The notes below the pieces were generated by a model, which was not told the origin of the DNA, searched no databases, and saw only the letters and a list, made by a program, of their open reading frames with translations. Positions 9,375 to 18,286 of a stretch of 64,000 bases of DNA are shown piece after piece. This DNA is from an uncultured Lachnospiraceae bacterium (GTDB taxonomy: Bacteria > Bacillota > Clostridia > Lachnospirales > Lachnospiraceae). The stretch's first letter is position 1, and each line of letters begins with the position of its first letter. The position numbers and the translations under genes are program-made. The DNA is taken from the NCBI GenBank assembly GCA_946403075.1, contig CAMIYN010000001.1:7014-71013 (forward strand), in the 5' to 3' direction.

Positions 9375-9867
9375 TATATGTTTTCTCCATATAATTTTTT
9401 CATCACAAAATCCACTGTGTGTTTAATAGCTTCAGTTGCGATTCTCTTTGCACAACTTTTTCTGTATTCAACAGGGTCATATTGATAACAGCCCTCACAT
9501 CCTATTTCAGCACTATAATTCTCATTACCTTTATAATAGGGATATGGATTCCCTAATAAATTTTTAGCATTCCATCTTTTTTATCTATCCTTTCTTTATA
9601 TTGTTGTAGCTGTTTTTCATCCGGTATTGATTTAAATTTATTCTCTATGATATAAACATTTTTTTCATTGTCTTTTATTTGTAAATCAATATTGTTTTTT
9701 TCTCGGTATACACCTTCAAACTTATTAACATCAAATTTCTTAAAAAACACTTTAACAAAACTATGGTCATTTTCAATCAACCAAGCCCATCAATTTGAAT
9801 GAAATAACTCATGTGAATTATTACTTAGTGCTGGCATTATCATTAAATCATTTGTTTTCCTACTCAT
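9374..9867 (-). pseudogene. Disrupted PD-(D/E)XK-like nuclease gene (in-frame TGA plus frameshift)
   Basis: The gene starts at ATG 9867 (SD AGAGG): MSRKTNDLMIMPALSNNSHELFHSN. An in-frame TGA (9790-9792) interrupts it, and the same frame continues WAWLIENDHSF...NIDLQIKDNEKNVYIIENKFKS...IDKKDGMLKIY*. The rest (..RWNAKNLLGNPYPYYKGNENYSAEIGCEGCYQYDPVEYRKSCAKRIATEAIKH..) is in another frame. The frames overlap at a T6/A6 run (9577-9582). The HSN.WAWL and D...E.K motifs suggest a PD-(D/E)XK fold. Confidence 0.5.
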
Positions 9868-9883
9868 TTTCTATAACCTCTTT

Positions 9884-10465
9884 TTAACTCTTATTAATTT
9901 TATGTAGTATTTCTTTTGCCCATGTCCAAATATAACGATCAAATGATTTATAATCAATTTGTTCTTTTAGCTTTTTCCCCTCATTAAATTTATTTATAAA
10001 TTTATCAACTATAGAGCAATAATCCTCATACTCTTTCATTTTATTTATACTTATTTTTTTGCCTGTGAAATTAGTTGCTTCATTAATCAAACATAACATT
10101 TGCTTTACTAATTTATCATAAATCGGGAATTTATCTTTTTCATATCTGCTGCAATATTTACTTGCAAAACTGGTACAATCTTTTGTGCCATATAATGTAC
10201 TTTTTACTTTGCAAATTTTATTAATTAATTTTTTATCACCTTTTTTCAACTTTTTATCAAAATTATCATCTTTACTTACTTCACAAATTTTTTTTACCAT
10301 CTCATCAAGCCCTTCTTTTAGATTAGTACTATAAAAAAAATCAAGCACTTTTACTTTTATAAATACTTCATATTCATCATTATTACTTTTATATTCACTA
10401 AATAATTTATCTAAAAATTTCTCTTGCAGTGGATATTTTTTCATAAATTTAGATTTAGACCACAA
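9884..10465 (-). CDS. Hypothetical protein (193 aa as ORF; ATG at 10444 gives 186 aa)
   Basis: Long open frame in a stop-rich AT genome, co-oriented and tightly packed with the nuclease remnant. The motif SFASKYCSRYEKDKFPIYDKLV vaguely recalls OGG-fold/HhH-like defence-island proteins (ASK.L....P..FPIYD). That comparison is from memory only. Confidence 0.4.
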   Translation of the reverse strand: MWSKSKFMKKYPLQEKFLDKLFSEYKSNNDEYEVFIKVKVLDFFYSTNLKEGLDEMVKKICEVSKDDNFDKKLKKGDKKLINKICKVKSTLYGTKDCTSFASKYCSRYEKDKFPIYDKLVKQMLCLINEATNFTGKKISINKMKEYEDYCSIVDKFINKFNEGKKLKEQIDYKSFDRYIWTWAKEILHKINKS

Positions 10466-10555
10466 ATTACATTTCTTTTCTTTAAAATTATATGTAAATA
10501 TTTTGTTTTTTCTTTTAAAATGTATTTCTTATATGAATTTTCGTAAGTTATATTA

Positions 10556-12094
10556 TTAATTGATTTTTTCATTAACTACCTCCCCATACAACTTCCTAAA
10601 ACTTTCAATAGAATTTTTTATTGTATCATAATCTACACAATAGGCAATTCTCACATATCCACTAATTCCAAAAGAACTACTTGGGACAAGTAATAAATTA
10701 TATTTAAGTGCAGTTTTTGAAAATAGTCTATCATCGCAAATAGGGCATTTCACAAATAAATAAAATGCACCATCAGGCTCTACAAATTTGTATCCTATCT
10801 CTCTCAATCTGCTAGTTAAAAATTCTTTATTTTTTTTATACAAATTTATATCGGAATTATCATCTATACAATTTGAAACTACATACTGAAATAAACTATT
10901 TGCACATACATAACCCATACTTCTACCAGCACCCATTATTGCATAATATAATTCATCTGCCACACTGCAATTTTTATTAACAACAATATAACCTATTCTC
11001 TCTCCAGGCAGAGACATTGATTTTGAAAAAGAATACTCTACCAAACTATTATCATAATAATTTGTAATAAATGGATATTTTTTATCTACATATAATAACT
11101 CTCTATATGGTTCATCAGAAATCAAAAAAATACTTTTATTGTATTCTTTCTCTTTTTCATTTAATACATTTACTATACCCTTTATTACATCTTCAGTATA
11201 AAAAACACCTGTTGGATTATTTGGTGAATTTATCAAAACTGCTTTTGTGTTTTTATTTATTTTTTGCCTCAAATCATCCATATCAGGATAGAAAGTATCT
11301 ATATTTGATTTTGCGACAACTAATTTTCCATTTGCATTTTCTACAAATACTTTATATTCTGGGAAATATGGGGATATAACTACTATTTCATCCCCTTCGT
11401 TTATTAAACTTTTTAATGTGATTGTGAGCCCTGCAGCTGCACCAACAGTCATATATATTTTATCAAAAGAAACATCTGCCCCATATTTTTTATTTAAACT
11501 ATTAGCAATTTTTTTTCTAGCTTCTATATTCCCTTGAGCTTGAGTATAACTATGTAAATATATTCCATCACTTTCATTTATTAAATTTATAATTTCTTTT
11601 TTTACTGATATTGGAGCAGGGATATTGGGATTCCCAAGTGAAAAATCATAAACTTTATCACTACCATATTTTTGTTTTAAAATTATGCCGTTTTCAAATA
11701 AATCTCTTATTTCAGATCTATTGCTACCAAGTTCAAGCATTTTCTTATTTATATTAGCCCCTACGATTACCTTTTTTGTCTCTTCAGTTGATATGGGTGA
11801 TTCACATCTGCAATCATCTCTTTCATCACTAAATTGGGCTCGCAAAGCTTCACCACTACGGTTATCGCTTTTGTTCCTACTATTATCTATTTTATCACTA
11901 TATTGGGCTCGCAATGCTTCGCCCCTACGATTATCGTTTTCGCCACTATGATTATCGTTTTCGCCACTATGATTATCGTTTTCACCACTACGATTATCGT
12001 TTTCACCACTGCAATCATTTCTTTCGCTACTACAATTATTACTTTCGCTACTACAATGTTCCTTCTTTTTTTTATTTAAATTATCAAAATCCAT
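10556..12094 (-). CDS. Class I/II pyridoxal-phosphate aminotransferase (aspartate/aromatic type) with a 118-aa repeat-derived N-terminal extension
   Basis: The core from MLELGSNRSEIRDLFENG...FSLGNPNIPAP ... SFSKSMSLPGERIGY ... is a typical aminotransferase fold I (SxSK Lys motif). The ATG at 12094 is 1 nt after the plsC stop (TAAAATG). An alternative canonical-length start is ATG 11740. Confidence 0.8.
   Translation of the reverse strand: MDFDNLNKKKKEHCSSESNNCSSERNDCSGENDNRSGENDNHSGENDNHSGENDNRRGEALRAQYSDKIDNSRNKSDNRSGEALRAQFSDERDDCRCESPISTEETKKVIVGANINKKMLELGSNRSEIRDLFENGIILKQKYGSDKVYDFSLGNPNIPAPISVKKEIINLINESDGIYLHSYTQAQGNIEARKKIANSLNKKYGADVSFDKIYMTVGAAAGLTITLKSLINEGDEIVVISPYFPEYKVFVENANGKLVVAKSNIDTFYPDMDDLRQKINKNTKAVLINSPNNPTGVFYTEDVIKGIVNVLNEKEKEYNKSIFLISDEPYRELLYVDKKYPFITNYYDNSLVEYSFSKSMSLPGERIGYIVVNKNCSVADELYYAIMGAGRSMGYVCANSLFQYVVSNCIDDNSDINLYKKNKEFLTSRLREIGYKFVEPDGAFYLFVKCPICDDRLFSKTALKYNLLLVPSSSFGISGYVRIAYCVDYDTIKNSIESFRKLYGEVVNEKIN
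11836..12066. repeat. Two GC-rich repeat cores plus seven tandem 21-bp units, inside the 5' end of the aminotransferase ORF
   Basis: Cores are GGGCTCGCAAAGCTTCACCACTAC (11836-11859) and GGGCTCGCAATGCTTCGCCCCTAC (11905-11928). From 11920 to 12066 there are 21-bp units CGCC(C/A)CTA(C/T)GATTATCGTTTT that decay progressively. They are translated as SGENDN(H/R) heptads and RGEALRAQ. Confidence 0.9.
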
Positions 12095-12095
12095 T

Positions 12096-12845
12096 TTATT
12101 TATTAATCCCCAACTTCATCAATTTTTTTATCTCATTCATTGCATATACTGAAACTCTATCAGTATATTCACTATCTAAATCTTTTACAAAAAAACTTTT
12201 TCCTATTATGACTTTTACTTTTGTTTTTTTGATTATAGGAAAATGTTTTTCAAAAACATCATCTGTATTTAAAAATGCAATGGGAACTATCTCACATCCT
12301 GTTTTTTTTGCTATGCTAAAACTTCCCTCTTTAAATTCAAGTAAATCTAATTGATTTTCATTTTTATTTCTTGTTCCCTCTGGAAAAATCCATACTGAAA
12401 TTCCATTTTGTATATTTTTGATAGCAACTATTATTGATTTCATAGCCTCTTTTATATTTTTTCTATCTATAAATATACAATTAATTTTATCCATCCATAT
12501 TTTTAATAGGAAAAACTTTTTTAACTCATCTTTTGACATATAACAAACTTTATCTCTATATATCCCATATCCTGCTATAATATCAAAAAAAGACCTATGA
12601 TTTGATATTAAAAGTTTACTTACTCCATTATTTAAATAAGTTTCAATATTTTCTTTTCCTATTACTTCTACATTGACACCAGAAATAAACAAAATCACAT
12701 CAAAAACTATATTTATAATTCTTTTATAAAATTTATATTCTAACTCTTTATCAAAAATAGATAAAATAAACCCTATAAGTAAACTAAGTTGCCCCACAGT
12801 AAAAAACAATATCAAAAAAATTATTATTAAAATTAATCTAATCAT
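12096..12845 (-). CDS. plsC: 1-acyl-sn-glycerol-3-phosphate acyltransferase
   Basis: N-terminal TM helix, then NHRSFFDI (HX4D) and IFPEGTRN motifs. Confidence 0.8.
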   Translation of the reverse strand: MIRLILIIIFLILFFTVGQLSLLIGFILSIFDKELEYKFYKRIINIVFDVILFISGVNVEVIGKENIETYLNNGVSKLLISNHRSFFDIIAGYGIYRDKVCYMSKDELKKFFLLKIWMDKINCIFIDRKNIKEAMKSIIVAIKNIQNGISVWIFPEGTRNKNENQLDLLEFKEGSFSIAKKTGCEIVPIAFLNTDDVFEKHFPIIKKTKVKVIIGKSFFVKDLDSEYTDRVSVYAMNEIKKLMKLGINK

Positions 12846-12847
12846 AA

Positions 12848-13648
12848 TTATATTACATCCGCAAATTGTTCTTTTAATTTATTAAAAAGTTTAAATCCAA
12901 AAACCAATATAACTAACGAAATCACTATATAGTAGATAGTTAATATTTTAAAATCATAGTTCATATTTTGTGAAATTAGAGCATTTCTATAACCATTTAT
13001 TATATAATATAGAGGATTTAGTTTAAATAATTTAATTATTGAAAATTTATCATTATTAAAAATTGATTCGTCAAACATTATGGGACACATCCATATTCCA
13101 AACTGTAATAAAATTCCTACAATCTGTCCCATATCTCTAAAAAACACATTTATACTACTCACCATATAAGATATTCCAAGCATTAAAATGCTTAGCATTA
13201 GAGAATAATAGAAAACCAAAAACCAAGATACAGAAAACTTGACTCCAAAAATTAACATAACAAAAAATGTAATTACCAAAAAACAAAAATGTGAAAGTGT
13301 AGTTGAAATCAATTTTATTATAGGTAAAAATGAAACATTAAATACAACTTTTTTTACGAGATAATTATATTCTATAAGGCAATTTGTGTTTTGGATAATA
13401 GTTTCCTGAAAATAAAACCAAGGAACTATTCCTGCTATTAACCATACTACATAAGGAACATTTGGAACAGGCGGAGTTGCTCTAAACCCAATTTGAAAAA
13501 TTAATGTATATACAAGAATAGTTGCCATAGGTTGTATAAACATCCAAATAATTCCAAAAAAACTACCCACAAATTTCTTTTTAAAATCTGACACGGCAAG
13601 TCCTATTATTTTATTTTTATTTTTTATTACTTCTACAAAAAAAGTCAT
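12848..13648 (-). CDS. ABC-2 type polysaccharide/teichoic-acid export permease (TagG/Wzm-like)
   Basis: 266 aa, 6 TM. The N-terminal ...DFKKKFVGSFFGIIWMFIQP... is typical of ABC-2 exporters. No cognate ATPase gene is adjacent. Confidence 0.6.
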   Translation of the reverse strand: MTFFVEVIKNKNKIIGLAVSDFKKKFVGSFFGIIWMFIQPMATILVYTLIFQIGFRATPPVPNVPYVVWLIAGIVPWFYFQETIIQNTNCLIEYNYLVKKVVFNVSFLPIIKLISTTLSHFCFLVITFFVMLIFGVKFSVSWFLVFYYSLMLSILMLGISYMVSSINVFFRDMGQIVGILLQFGIWMCPIMFDESIFNNDKFSIIKLFKLNPLYYIINGYRNALISQNMNYDFKILTIYYIVISLVILVFGFKLFNKLKEQFADVI

Positions 13649-13651
13649 AGT

Positions 13652-14554
13652 CTACCTCGCAAAAATTTTTCCCATCAAAAATCCTATATATCTAACTATG
13701 CAATAAATTACAAAATATATTAAATCCAAAAATCTATGTGTCTTTATACATTTTTTTATTCCATACTTAAATAATTTAAAACCTTCATTTTCACTTTTTA
13801 TATTATTATATATTTCTTTTTTCAGCTTTTGAGTTTTTCCAATATTATAATTCCTTATAAACTGACCCCATAAACTTAGATTATGTGAATGAAATACTTT
13901 TGCATCTGCCAAATACATAACTTTATATCCTCTATTTATTGCATTATAACTATAAATGCTATCTTCATTAAGGGGAATTCCTTCTTCAAACCCTCCAATC
14001 TCTCTAAAAATTTTTAGACTATACATAGCACATACATTTGATACAAAATAATTTTTAATGCCAAGTTTTTCTTTTGTCTCTAAACTCTTTTCAATATTAA
14101 AATTTGGATAATTAAAATTTCTAACCATTTTTTCTATAAAGCTTGCTCCATCAAGTGGCAACTGCCTTGCATAACAAACTGCCATCTTTTCATCAACAAA
14201 TGGTCTTACCAATTCAAAAACCAGAGTTTCATGAGCGGCCACTGCATCATCTGTCATAAATAGGACATAATCACTATCCAAAAAATTAACTGCATAATTT
14301 CTTGTCATCCCATGATTAAACTCTTCCCTTGTGATACTTTTTAATTTAACTGAACCTTCTTCTATATATTTATTTAATTTGTTTCTAAAATTATTTGTAA
14401 GATTTACATAAAGAGAATCTCTATCCGTACACATAAGGAGTATTGTTTTCAATTTAATTGTTTGTTGCAAGAGCATATCAATATTTAAAACCATTTTATT
14501 AGTTGGCTTATAACACAAAATAACTGCTGAAATTATCTTTTCACTATTTCCCAT
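13652..14554 (-). CDS. Family-2 glycosyltransferase
   Basis: ISAVILCYKP... and DSDYVLFMTDDAV (DxD) are GT-A fold motifs. Start placed at ATG 14554 (MGNSEKIISAV) to avoid a 40-nt overlap. Confidence 0.7.
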   Translation of the reverse strand: MGNSEKIISAVILCYKPTNKMVLNIDMLLQQTIKLKTILLMCTDRDSLYVNLTNNFRNKLNKYIEEGSVKLKSITREEFNHGMTRNYAVNFLDSDYVLFMTDDAVAAHETLVFELVRPFVDEKMAVCYARQLPLDGASFIEKMVRNFNYPNFNIEKSLETKEKLGIKNYFVSNVCAMYSLKIFREIGGFEEGIPLNEDSIYSYNAINRGYKVMYLADAKVFHSHNLSLWGQFIRNYNIGKTQKLKKEIYNNIKSENEGFKLFKYGIKKCIKTHRFLDLIYFVIYCIVRYIGFLMGKIFAR

Positions 14555-15893
14555 AATTAATTTTACCTCTAAAAAACTTACCACCCATTATCAAAAAATT
14601 CAATAAAAACATAATTATCAAAAAACTTACACTTGCCCCAACTAACCCATAAATCTTTACAAAAACATTTGAAACAATGATGCTTACAAAAAATACAACA
14701 ATATAGATAGTTAGCAAATATTCTTTCTTTTCTTCTATAATCAGCATAAAATAAATTGGTGTATTTATAGTATAAAAAATACCAGCAATCATTACAAGTA
14801 AAAAAGTTATAAATATTTCATTTGAGTTTGACATATTATATGTATTGTTAGTTAAAATATCTATTATATACAAATATAACTTTCCAAAAAATAATGATAG
14901 TAAAACCACTATCCCTGCAACAATTATTGAATACTTCAATATCTTTTTTGAAACATTATTATAATTTATTAAATCGCTACTATACATATTTGATATAGGT
15001 GTGACAAGTGGTCTCATTACAAACATACATAGCATATAAATTATATTTGACGGAATAAATAATAAATTAAAAATTCCACTCACACTATCATTTAAATACA
15101 AATCAATAGAAAACTTTGAGACTGAATGTATAAAACCATCAAGCAGGGTAATTAAAAAAAATGGCAAAAGTTCTATCATCATTATTTTAATTTTTTTAAA
15201 ATCAAATGAAAATTTATCATAATTTTTCAAAATACATACTTCAAAAAAAATCCCAGATATTAATTTTGATAAAACCGAAAAAATTGAACTTATAATTATA
15301 TTTTTAGTAATACAAATTAAAATTATAAAAACCAAAATAAAAATTAAAGTTCTAAAAAATAATCCTATTCCTGCCTTATACAACTCTCCCCTTCTCTGAA
15401 ACTCCCCCTCGTATACATCAAAAAAACCTTCAAAGACTCCTGAAAAAATTATGATTAATAAAAAAATGCTTTTATCGAAACTATATATATGTCTAAAATA
15501 CATTACATAAATATATGTAATACCAAATATTATCGATATAAAAGTAGTTATTAATCTAACTCCCAAATAGTCAAAAAAACTATATTTATTTTTTACATCT
15601 ATTGAATGATAACTTCTAATACCAAAATAAGAAATTATATATACTACATATGCAAGAGTTGAATAGCCAAAACTAAATAGTCCCCCAATCTCTCCACCAA
15701 GTATATTTATAACAAAAAAATTTAAAAATAAAGAAGTAGCAGAATATAAAAATGTTCCCACTGTATTCCATAAAAAATCTTTTTTTTCAATTTTTAAATT
15801 CCTATCTCTCATACTTCTTTTTTGATAATAGCCTCTAAAAATATAATTTTTCAAAATAAAATTTCTAAAATTATTGAATAGTAAAGGCTCCAT
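14544..15893 (-). CDS. Polysaccharide flippase-like polytopic membrane protein (Wzx/MOP superfamily)
   Basis: 449 aa with ~12-14 hydrophobic helices. Its position next to the GT2 and ABC-2 genes supports the call. Confidence 0.5.
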   Translation of the reverse strand: MEPLLFNNFRNFILKNYIFRGYYQKRSMRDRNLKIEKKDFLWNTVGTFLYSATSLFLNFFVINILGGEIGGLFSFGYSTLAYVVYIISYFGIRSYHSIDVKNKYSFFDYLGVRLITTFISIIFGITYIYVMYFRHIYSFDKSIFLLIIIFSGVFEGFFDVYEGEFQRRGELYKAGIGLFFRTLIFILVFIILICITKNIIISSIFSVLSKLISGIFFEVCILKNYDKFSFDFKKIKIMMIELLPFFLITLLDGFIHSVSKFSIDLYLNDSVSGIFNLLFIPSNIIYMLCMFVMRPLVTPISNMYSSDLINYNNVSKKILKYSIIVAGIVVLLSLFFGKLYLYIIDILTNNTYNMSNSNEIFITFLLVMIAGIFYTINTPIYFMLIIEEKKEYLLTIYIVVFFVSIIVSNVFVKIYGLVGASVSFLIIMFLLNFLIMGGKFFRGKINYGK

Positions 15894-15920
15894 AGGAAAC
15901 CTTAGATAAATTATACACTT

Positions 15921-16859
15921 TTAAAAAATTCCCTTATGATTTTCTCTAATATTCATCAAATAGTATTCATAAGCCCCAATACAAGTTGCATACTGTGAAT
16001 ATTCTTCATCTACATATTTATATTCAACATTTGTAAATTTTGAGATTAGATTAAAATATTTTTTTACTACTTCATAATTTAAAAAACCACCAGTTAATAT
16101 TACATCTATGTCATCTAAATTATTTCTTAACAAAAAATTTTTTTTGACTAAACTAAGTTGCAACCCAATATTTTGTGTTATCATATTGATAAAACCTGCA
16201 AGAATATCTTTTTTATCAATATTTTTATTGTTTTTTGCAAAATTTGCCGCTGTTATATCAAGAGATAAATTTGCTATTTTATTTTTACTTATATCAGAAA
16301 TCAATAAATCCACATTTTTAAAATTCCCACTATCTGCCATATCAAAAATTCCATTTATCTCTGTATCTATAACAAAATTTTTTGCTAACCCCAAAAAAGT
16401 TCCACCACCAAGACCTGTTCCACCAAGATATTCATAAGTTGCTAAATCTCCATACACAAAGCTTGTTCCTGTTCCAATATTTGCAACAATTCCTTTATCA
16501 ACTTTTCCAAGCACAACTCCACCTATACTTATTGCTTCAAATTCATCCACCCTTATCACTTTTATATTTGTTTCATCTAAACTCCCTTTTTTATGAGTGA
16601 TATATCTAAATCCTTTTTTTGTGTCAATGCTTTCGTCTTTCTCAAAAAATTCAAAACTCCCTGCCCCTGTCGCAACAATTACTTCCAAATCTCTAATGCT
16701 AATGTTTTTATTTATAAAATCAAATAACTCATTCTCTATATTATCATTTTTAAGAAATATGTTTTTATTTTTTATACTAATAATATCATTGTTTACTTCC
16801 ATCAGTAAAGTTTTTACATTAGTACTACCAAAATCTACTGAACATATAAAACTTGACAT
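15921..16859 (-). CDS. ASKHA-fold kinase, most like type II pantothenate kinase (Fumble/CoaW type)
   Basis: CSVDFGSTNVK (phosphate-1), NIGTGTSFVY, and YLGGTGLGGGTFLGLAK resemble the type II PanK motifs. Confidence 0.5.
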   Translation of the reverse strand: MSSFICSVDFGSTNVKTLLMEVNNDIISIKNKNIFLKNDNIENELFDFINKNISIRDLEVIVATGAGSFEFFEKDESIDTKKGFRYITHKKGSLDETNIKVIRVDEFEAISIGGVVLGKVDKGIVANIGTGTSFVYGDLATYEYLGGTGLGGGTFLGLAKNFVIDTEINGIFDMADSGNFKNVDLLISDISKNKIANLSLDITAANFAKNNKNIDKKDILAGFINMITQNIGLQLSLVKKNFLLRNNLDDIDVILTGGFLNYEVVKKYFNLISKFTNVEYKYVDEEYSQYATCIGAYEYYLMNIRENHKGIF

Positions 16860-17831
16860 CTATTCCTCCAAAAAATATTTGTCATAAATTTCATAAAATT
16901 TTTGCACCCTACACCCTACACCAAGTGATAAATCAATGCTACTCCAATAATTTGCATTTGACCTTACACTATTTTTTTCTTGAAACACTACAAACTGTTG
17001 GTTAAATTCTTTATTTTTTAAATCCTTTAAAATCTCTTGTTTTCTAAGAAGTGTTTCTTTCTCCATATAGTCATTTGTGCATTTAAATAGATAATACTTA
17101 TTTTGATAAGTCAACACATCACTCACATCACCTGTCGCGAGATAAAAAACTTCTGGGAAAATACTTGACATCTTATCTCCTCTTTTGATTATCATATTTA
17201 TATTTGTATCTTCACTATTACTACTTGCATAATAAGCAAAAGAAGAACCTCTAAGCTTCAATAATTCTTTTATCTCCCTTGCTCTCTCTTCTGATGACAA
17301 AATCATATATTCAACACTTACAACTTTTGACTCTGAAATACTTAGTTCCACATCAGAATTTCTTGTCATCGAATCTATTGCAAGATTTGCAAGCCTATAT
17401 ATACCATATAGATTTTTTATATCTTCTAAACTACACTCTATATATTCCAAATCCATTTCAGTCAAGCTTTGATAATAATCATTTGCTGCATTATTTATCC
17501 ACTCTCTATCTCTTGTGGATAATGTTATATTGAAAGAATCTGCAAATAATTTAAGAGTCATTAACTTTTCCACATAAGCTTTCACACATCCAACTATATA
17601 GTCTTTAAAATTCGAATCTCCTGATCCACTTTTTATCTTCCACACATCTGAACCAAAATTACTTTCAAATTTATTTTTTTCCTCTGCCACCAAAATCATT
17701 GACATACCTCTTGAAAATTCTGGGACTAAAACATAATTTGTGTCAGATATTTTTACACCAGAACACGAAGTAGTCAAAATAACAATTAAAACTAATAATA
17801 TTAATTTTTTAAAAAATGTTTTTTTCATCAA
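16860..17831 (-). CDS. Lipoprotein, function unknown (weak SurA-N/PrsA-like chaperone look)
   Basis: 323 aa with a signal peptide and lipobox TTSC. No catalytic motif recognised. Confidence 0.4.
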   Translation of the reverse strand: MMKKTFFKKLILLVLIVILTTSCSGVKISDTNYVLVPEFSRGMSMILVAEEKNKFESNFGSDVWKIKSGSGDSNFKDYIVGCVKAYVEKLMTLKLFADSFNITLSTRDREWINNAANDYYQSLTEMDLEYIECSLEDIKNLYGIYRLANLAIDSMTRNSDVELSISESKVVSVEYMILSSEERAREIKELLKLRGSSFAYYASSNSEDTNINMIIKRGDKMSSIFPEVFYLATGDVSDVLTYQNKYYLFKCTNDYMEKETLLRKQEILKDLKNKEFNQQFVVFQEKNSVRSNANYWSSIDLSLGVGCRVQKFYEIYDKYFLEE

Positions 17832-18286
17832 TATAAAAACCTTATAGCAATTATTGAAACTACCACCCCAACTATTGCACCTACTAAAACTTGGAAAGGA
17901 GTATGCCCTATATATTCTTTTAATCTCTTTTCAAAATCTAAATCATCAAAAATACTAGTATCAAACATAATTTGATTTAAAATCTGTGCCTGTTTTCCTG
18001 TCTCTTGTCTAACACCTACTGCATCATGAATTACTATTATTGCAAAAATAACTACTATTGCAAACTGCACAGTATTAAGCCCACAGTCATATCCAACTGC
18101 TATCACAAGGGACACCACAGTTGATGTATGTGATGATGGCATACCACCAGAACCTAGAAGTCTACTTACACTCAATTTTTTATTTATAATTAATTCAATT
18201 ATGACTTTAAGTATACCAGCAGTGACCCACCCAAGCCCTGCGATTATCAAAACTTTATTTTCTAAAATCATAGCAAAACTATTCAT
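17828..18286 (-). CDS. Divergent PAP2 / DUF212 (YuiD-like) membrane protein
   Basis: GGMPSSHTSTV ... HDAVGVRQETGKQA ... IGHTPFQVLVGA are DUF212 hallmarks. Confidence 0.7.
   Translation of the reverse strand: MNSFAMILENKVLIIAGLGWVTAGILKVIIELIINKKLSVSRLLGSGGMPSSHTSTVVSLVIAVGYDCGLNTVQFAIVVIFAIIVIHDAVGVRQETGKQAQILNQIMFDTSIFDDLDFEKRLKEYIGHTPFQVLVGAIVGVVVSIIAIRFLY

Noticed and set aside
9790-9792. In-frame TGA in the nuclease-like gene as evidence for TGA reassignment (code 4/25) or selenocysteine.
   Set aside because: All other genes, including a 5103-codon ORF, are intact under the standard code and several end in TGA-compatible contexts. No SECIS-like element was noted. A second lesion (frameshift) in the same gene supports simple pseudogenisation.
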